Shown here: piece after piece, positions 34,170-38,107 of the stretch | Layout of the letters: every line of letters begins with the position of its first letter | Position numbering within the stretch: position 1 is the first letter of the stretch | From: Octopus bimaculoides | Lineage: Eukaryota | Direction: 5' to 3' | Length of the DNA stretch: 38,107 nt | Assembly: GCF_001194135.2 (NCBI RefSeq) | Contig: NC_068986.1 | Coordinates: 115,283,386-115,321,492 of the forward strand | Made by a program: the position numbers and the translations under genes | The notes under the pieces: generated by a model | Database searches by the model: none | What the model was told of the DNA's origin: nothing | Seen by the model: only the letters and a program-made list of their open reading frames with translations

Positions 34170-34330
34170 CCAAGACCTCAAACTTTTGAGGGAAGACCTA
34201 CTTAATAACATCAACCCCAATGCATCACTGGTATTTATTTTATCGAATCCGTAAGGATGAAAGGAATTCAAATGCAAGCCGAAAGAAATGCTGCTAAGCA
34301 TTTTGTCCGGCGTGTAACGATTCTGTCAGT
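34170..34330 (-). mobile_element. Old SINE family A copy with internal deletion
   Basis: ctggtatttattttatcgaatccgtaaggatgaaagg...ctaagcattttgtccggcgtgtaacgattctg. Confidence 0.75.
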
Positions 34331-35319
34331 GGTCGACCTAGGGCTAAACAACAACAACGATAACAATAACAACAGCAACAACAACAGCAGCAGCAACGGT
34401 AACAACAGTAAGAGCAACAGTTTGAGCATTCTGTTAAAAGAAAGCCGTTTATAAAGAAAAGAAGTGGTATGAGGTGTGGAAAGAGGAGAGGAGAGCGGGA
34501 GGGTAAAGCTACATAATTTAAGGATCCTTGACTCCTGACCCCTTATACTTTTCCCGTAATACTTACATTTTTATGGCCCCTATTTCCCCCTCCCTCTTTC
34601 TACGCTATCGTGAAACCCTATTTCTTCCAAAAGTCATATCGTAGCCGGCCCCACCCTATTTCCGGTTGTGCAGCTGCGGAACCTACACACACTCATACAC
34701 ACACACACACACTATCAGAAACACATTNNNNNNNNNNNNNNNNNNNNNNNNNNNNNNNNNNNNNNNNNNNNNNNNNNNNNNNNNNNNNNNNNNNNNNNNN
34801 NNNNNNNNNNNNNNNNNNNNNNNNNNNNNNNNNNNNNNNNNNNNNNNNNNNNNNNNNNNNNNNNNNNNNNNNNNNNNNNNNNNNNNNNNNNNNNNNNNNN
34901 NNNNNNNNNNNNNNNNNNNNNNNNNNNNNNNNNNNNNNNNNNNNNNNNNNNNNNNNNNNNNNNNNNNNNNNNNNNNNNNNNNNNNNNNNNNNNNNNNNNN
35001 NNNNNNNNNNNNNNNNNNNNNNNNNNNNNNNNNNNNNNNNNNNNNNNNNNNNNNNNNNNNNNNNNNNNNNNNNNNNNNNNNNNNNNNNNNNNNNNNNNNN
35101 NNNNNNNNNNNNNNNNNNNNNNNNNNNNNNNNNNNNNNNNNNNNNNNNNNNNNNNNNNNNNNNNNNNNNNNNNNNNNNNNNNNNNNNNNNNNNNNNNNNN
35201 NNNNNNNNNNNNNNNNNNNNNNNNNNNNNNNNNNNNNNNNNNNNNNNNNNNNNNNNNNNNNNNNNNNNNNNNNNNNNNNNNNNNNNNNNNNNNNNNNNNN
35301 NNNNNNNNNNNNNNNNNNN

Positions 35320-35352
<33 letters not shown>

Positions 35353-35792
35353 ATATATATATATATCTTTATGCATACACACATAGACAGGCACACACAT
35401 GCACGCGCACACACATACACACACACACACATGATATCTATGGTAATTATTGTACTAAAGTACATGCAACAACAGTTATAAAAGTCCCGATAATATGAGT
35501 AATATACGAATAAAATATAAATATATAATATGACAATATAAAATATATAATGTACCATAATGTACAATGTAATATATTACAGAAATAAATTATAAACGGA
35601 GGAAAAACAAAAAACAAAAACAGTCCAGAGTTACAACTGACTGAGTTTCCTTTGTTAAATCTGCGAACAGAACTGCAGTAAAGTGGAATTATGTTGTTTT
35701 CAACTACATACATACATACATACATACATACATACATACGTACATACATATACAAGCAAGCATGTAATTACATACACACACACACGCATATG

Positions 35793-35837
<45 letters not shown>

Positions 35838-35916
35838 AATATATATAAGTTTGTGTTTATATATACATATATATATATAAATAGATAGATAAATAAATTT
35901 CATATATATTTGGTGT

Positions 35917-35961
<45 letters not shown>

Positions 35962-36184
35962 TGTATATGTGTGTATGTATGTATGTGTGTGTACGTGTGT
36001 GTGGGTATGTATGTGTTTGTGTATCTTTATCTATGTGTGTATGTGTTAGTCGATGTCAGTTAAAATGTAGGTGAAATACCAGTTTTCCGCCATCTCCGCC
36101 ATCGCTGTTATTTTATTTGTTTTTAAACAAATCCGGTTACACTGTGTTCAGCACATAACACATTACTGCAGTTGTATTGCTGGG

Positions 36185-36420
36185 TAGAGAGTGGTGGTGG
36201 TGGTGGTAGTGGTGGTTGTGGAGGTGGTCCTGGTGGTATTGGCGATGGTGGTAGCATTAGTGATGGTAGTCGTGGTGGATGTGTCTTTCGTGTGGTATGG
36301 TGGGGGTAATGGTGATGATGGTAGTTCTTAATGGTGGTGGTAGTGACTGTAGAGTTTGTTGCGGTGGCCTGGTGGTGATGGTGATGATAGTTGTGGTGGT
36401 GGTGGTGGTGGAGATGGTCG
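36185..36420 (+). repeat. Degenerate (GGT)n low-complexity tract
   Basis: Direct reading. Confidence 0.85.
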
Positions 36421-36828
36421 AGGTGATTTGAAAAGCTGCGGATGTATTAATATCTGTTCGCCTTTATTTTCTGTTTTATATATCCTGTACCCTTTGTTTG
36501 AAACTTTATTTCATAATCCAACGATGCCCCCACCACCGCCGCCGCCACCGCCACCGGTTATTTGGTCCCCGAGAAATTACAGGCAAAACTTCCATAAATC
36601 ACGTACACAATTATTTTCATAAAATGGCAGACCAATTTAGATGACGTAGTCTTCGATACTCAATGACTCATTAAAAGACGAGATGGCCACGCCTGGAAAA
36701 TCTTTGAAAATGCGTTTTGCTAAACCAAGGCTGACTTGGACATAAATGACAAACAACCGTCATTTCATGGATCGTCTTTTTGTTTCCAATATTTGATTTT
36801 GATTGTGTTTGTGGTATATTTTATCCAC

Positions 36829-37137
36829 GAAGGTGCGTGATTTAGTGGTTAGGAGTATTTGGCTCACGAACGTAAAGTTCTGGGTTCGATTCCGAACGGG
36901 ACACTATGTCCTTGACGTTGCTCCAGTTCACTCAGCTGGCAAAAATGAGTTGTACCTGTAATTCAAAGGGATCAGCCTTCTCACATTCTCTGTCATGCTG
37001 AATGTTCCTGTGAACTACATTAAGGGTACACGTGTCTGTGGAGTACTCAGCCATTTCCACGTTAATTTCACAAGCAGGCTGTTCCATTGACCAGATCAAC
37101 TCGAATACACGTCGTCACAATCGATGGAGTGCCAGTC
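36829..37137 (+). mobile_element. SINE family B, diverged near-full-length copy
   Basis: Colinear with 2317-2634, small deletion in the CORE-like segment. Confidence 0.9.
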
Positions 37138-37215
37138 ATATTTTGTCCTCAATTTTAGAAATGTTTCTTCTAATTTTTCTGAATGTTACCCTTCTTTTGT
37201 CCTTCACATAGCATA

Positions 37216-37239
37216 TAGCAGCAGCAGCAGCAGCAGCAG

Positions 37240-37272
<33 letters not shown>

Positions 37273-37292
37273 TAGCAGCAGCAGCAGCAACA
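37216..37292 (+). repeat. (AGC)n microsatellite
   Basis: Direct reading. Confidence 0.95.
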
Positions 37293-37939
37293 ACAAAAGT
37301 GCTGTATTTCATGGCATTAGCACACATTGGCATATTAAACGCATCCCAATTTCAGCAGAGTATTGCATTAAAGCATCTGGCATATGCCTAACTTCTCTCA
37401 TACGGGAACTCGGAGGGGTTTTAGAGGAATTTTAGTGGGTAAAGACTGTGCAAGATATGAATGAGGAAGATTCAGAGCTCTTCCTTCCTCACACTTTGTC
37501 TCTCTTCTGGATCCCTTCTCTGCTTCCGTCTACGCTGCTTCACCTGCTCTATTGTTTTCAACACCACCACTCTGGATGGACTCAACCACCACACCTTCCA
37601 CACAATGGACTCTTTCTCTTGTACTTTATACAAACTTCATATATGTACTCCCAATGTTGCGTTTGCGATTCGATCTGCATCGAGCAAACTGACTGGTAGG
37701 CTTGTGTAGAACCTTAACATACCCAATTTGGCAACGGGTCGCCTGTCACACAACACTTCCACTCTACTGACCGTTCCACGCATATATCTCAGTCTTCGGC
37801 TGAGCCACCGAAACCGGGGCACCTACTTTTGATTTCCAGGGGAAGTCGAACTCATTTTCTTTCTCAAAACCTATATACTTTTTGGATTAAATTTCTTTCT
37901 CACTTTGTTTAACTTGCTCCAGAATTACATCTCTCTCAC

Positions 37940-38053
37940 ACACTATATGTGCGTATGTATGTATATATATATATGTATATATTTATATACATATATGTAT
38001 ATATACATATGTAGATATATGTATATATGTATCTATCTATATATATACATACA

Positions 38054-38107
<54 letters not shown>
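37940..38107 (+). repeat. TA-rich microsatellite to window end
   Basis: Direct reading. Confidence 0.95.

Noticed and set aside
6678-35567. Long ORFs (150-395 aa) in the ORF track
   Set aside because: They span N runs and dinucleotide repeats, which lack stop codons; no coding evidence
36356-36622. Gly-rich / poly-Pro ORF
   Set aside because: Arises from GGT and CCG/CCA low-complexity tracts; no splice or homology support
771-37137. tRNA genes (A/B-box and T-arm-like motifs)
   Set aside because: All are SINE heads lacking a complete cloverleaf and continuing into SINE bodies
83-38107. HTHT, YIYI, CVCV, poly-L/N/S/Y ORFs
   Set aside because: Direct translations of microsatellites

Overview
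AT-rich, gapped (many N runs) eukaryotic sequence dominated by microsatellites and transposon relics. The SINE sequences resemble those I know from octopus (coleoid cephalopod) genomes; this is recognition from memory, not a database result. No intact or recognisable host protein-coding gene is present, and nearly all long ORFs in the track are artefacts of microsatellites or N runs. Supported content: about 20 copies or fragments of four tRNA-headed SINE families (labelled A, B, B2, C here) that share modules, a decayed RTE-type LINE whose 5' part is inverted relative to its RT part, the 3' end of an R4/Dong-like RLE LINE in a (TAA)n tract, four mariner transposase relics, a Tigger/pogo-like MITE with a nested SINE, several minisatellites and two CTCF-like motifs. 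A few weak + strand exon candidates suggest the window could be intronic. The most notable structures are the twin-priming-like inverted RTE (24845-26680) and a spacerless fold-back SINE pair (22770-23016). I found no convincing new biological system.
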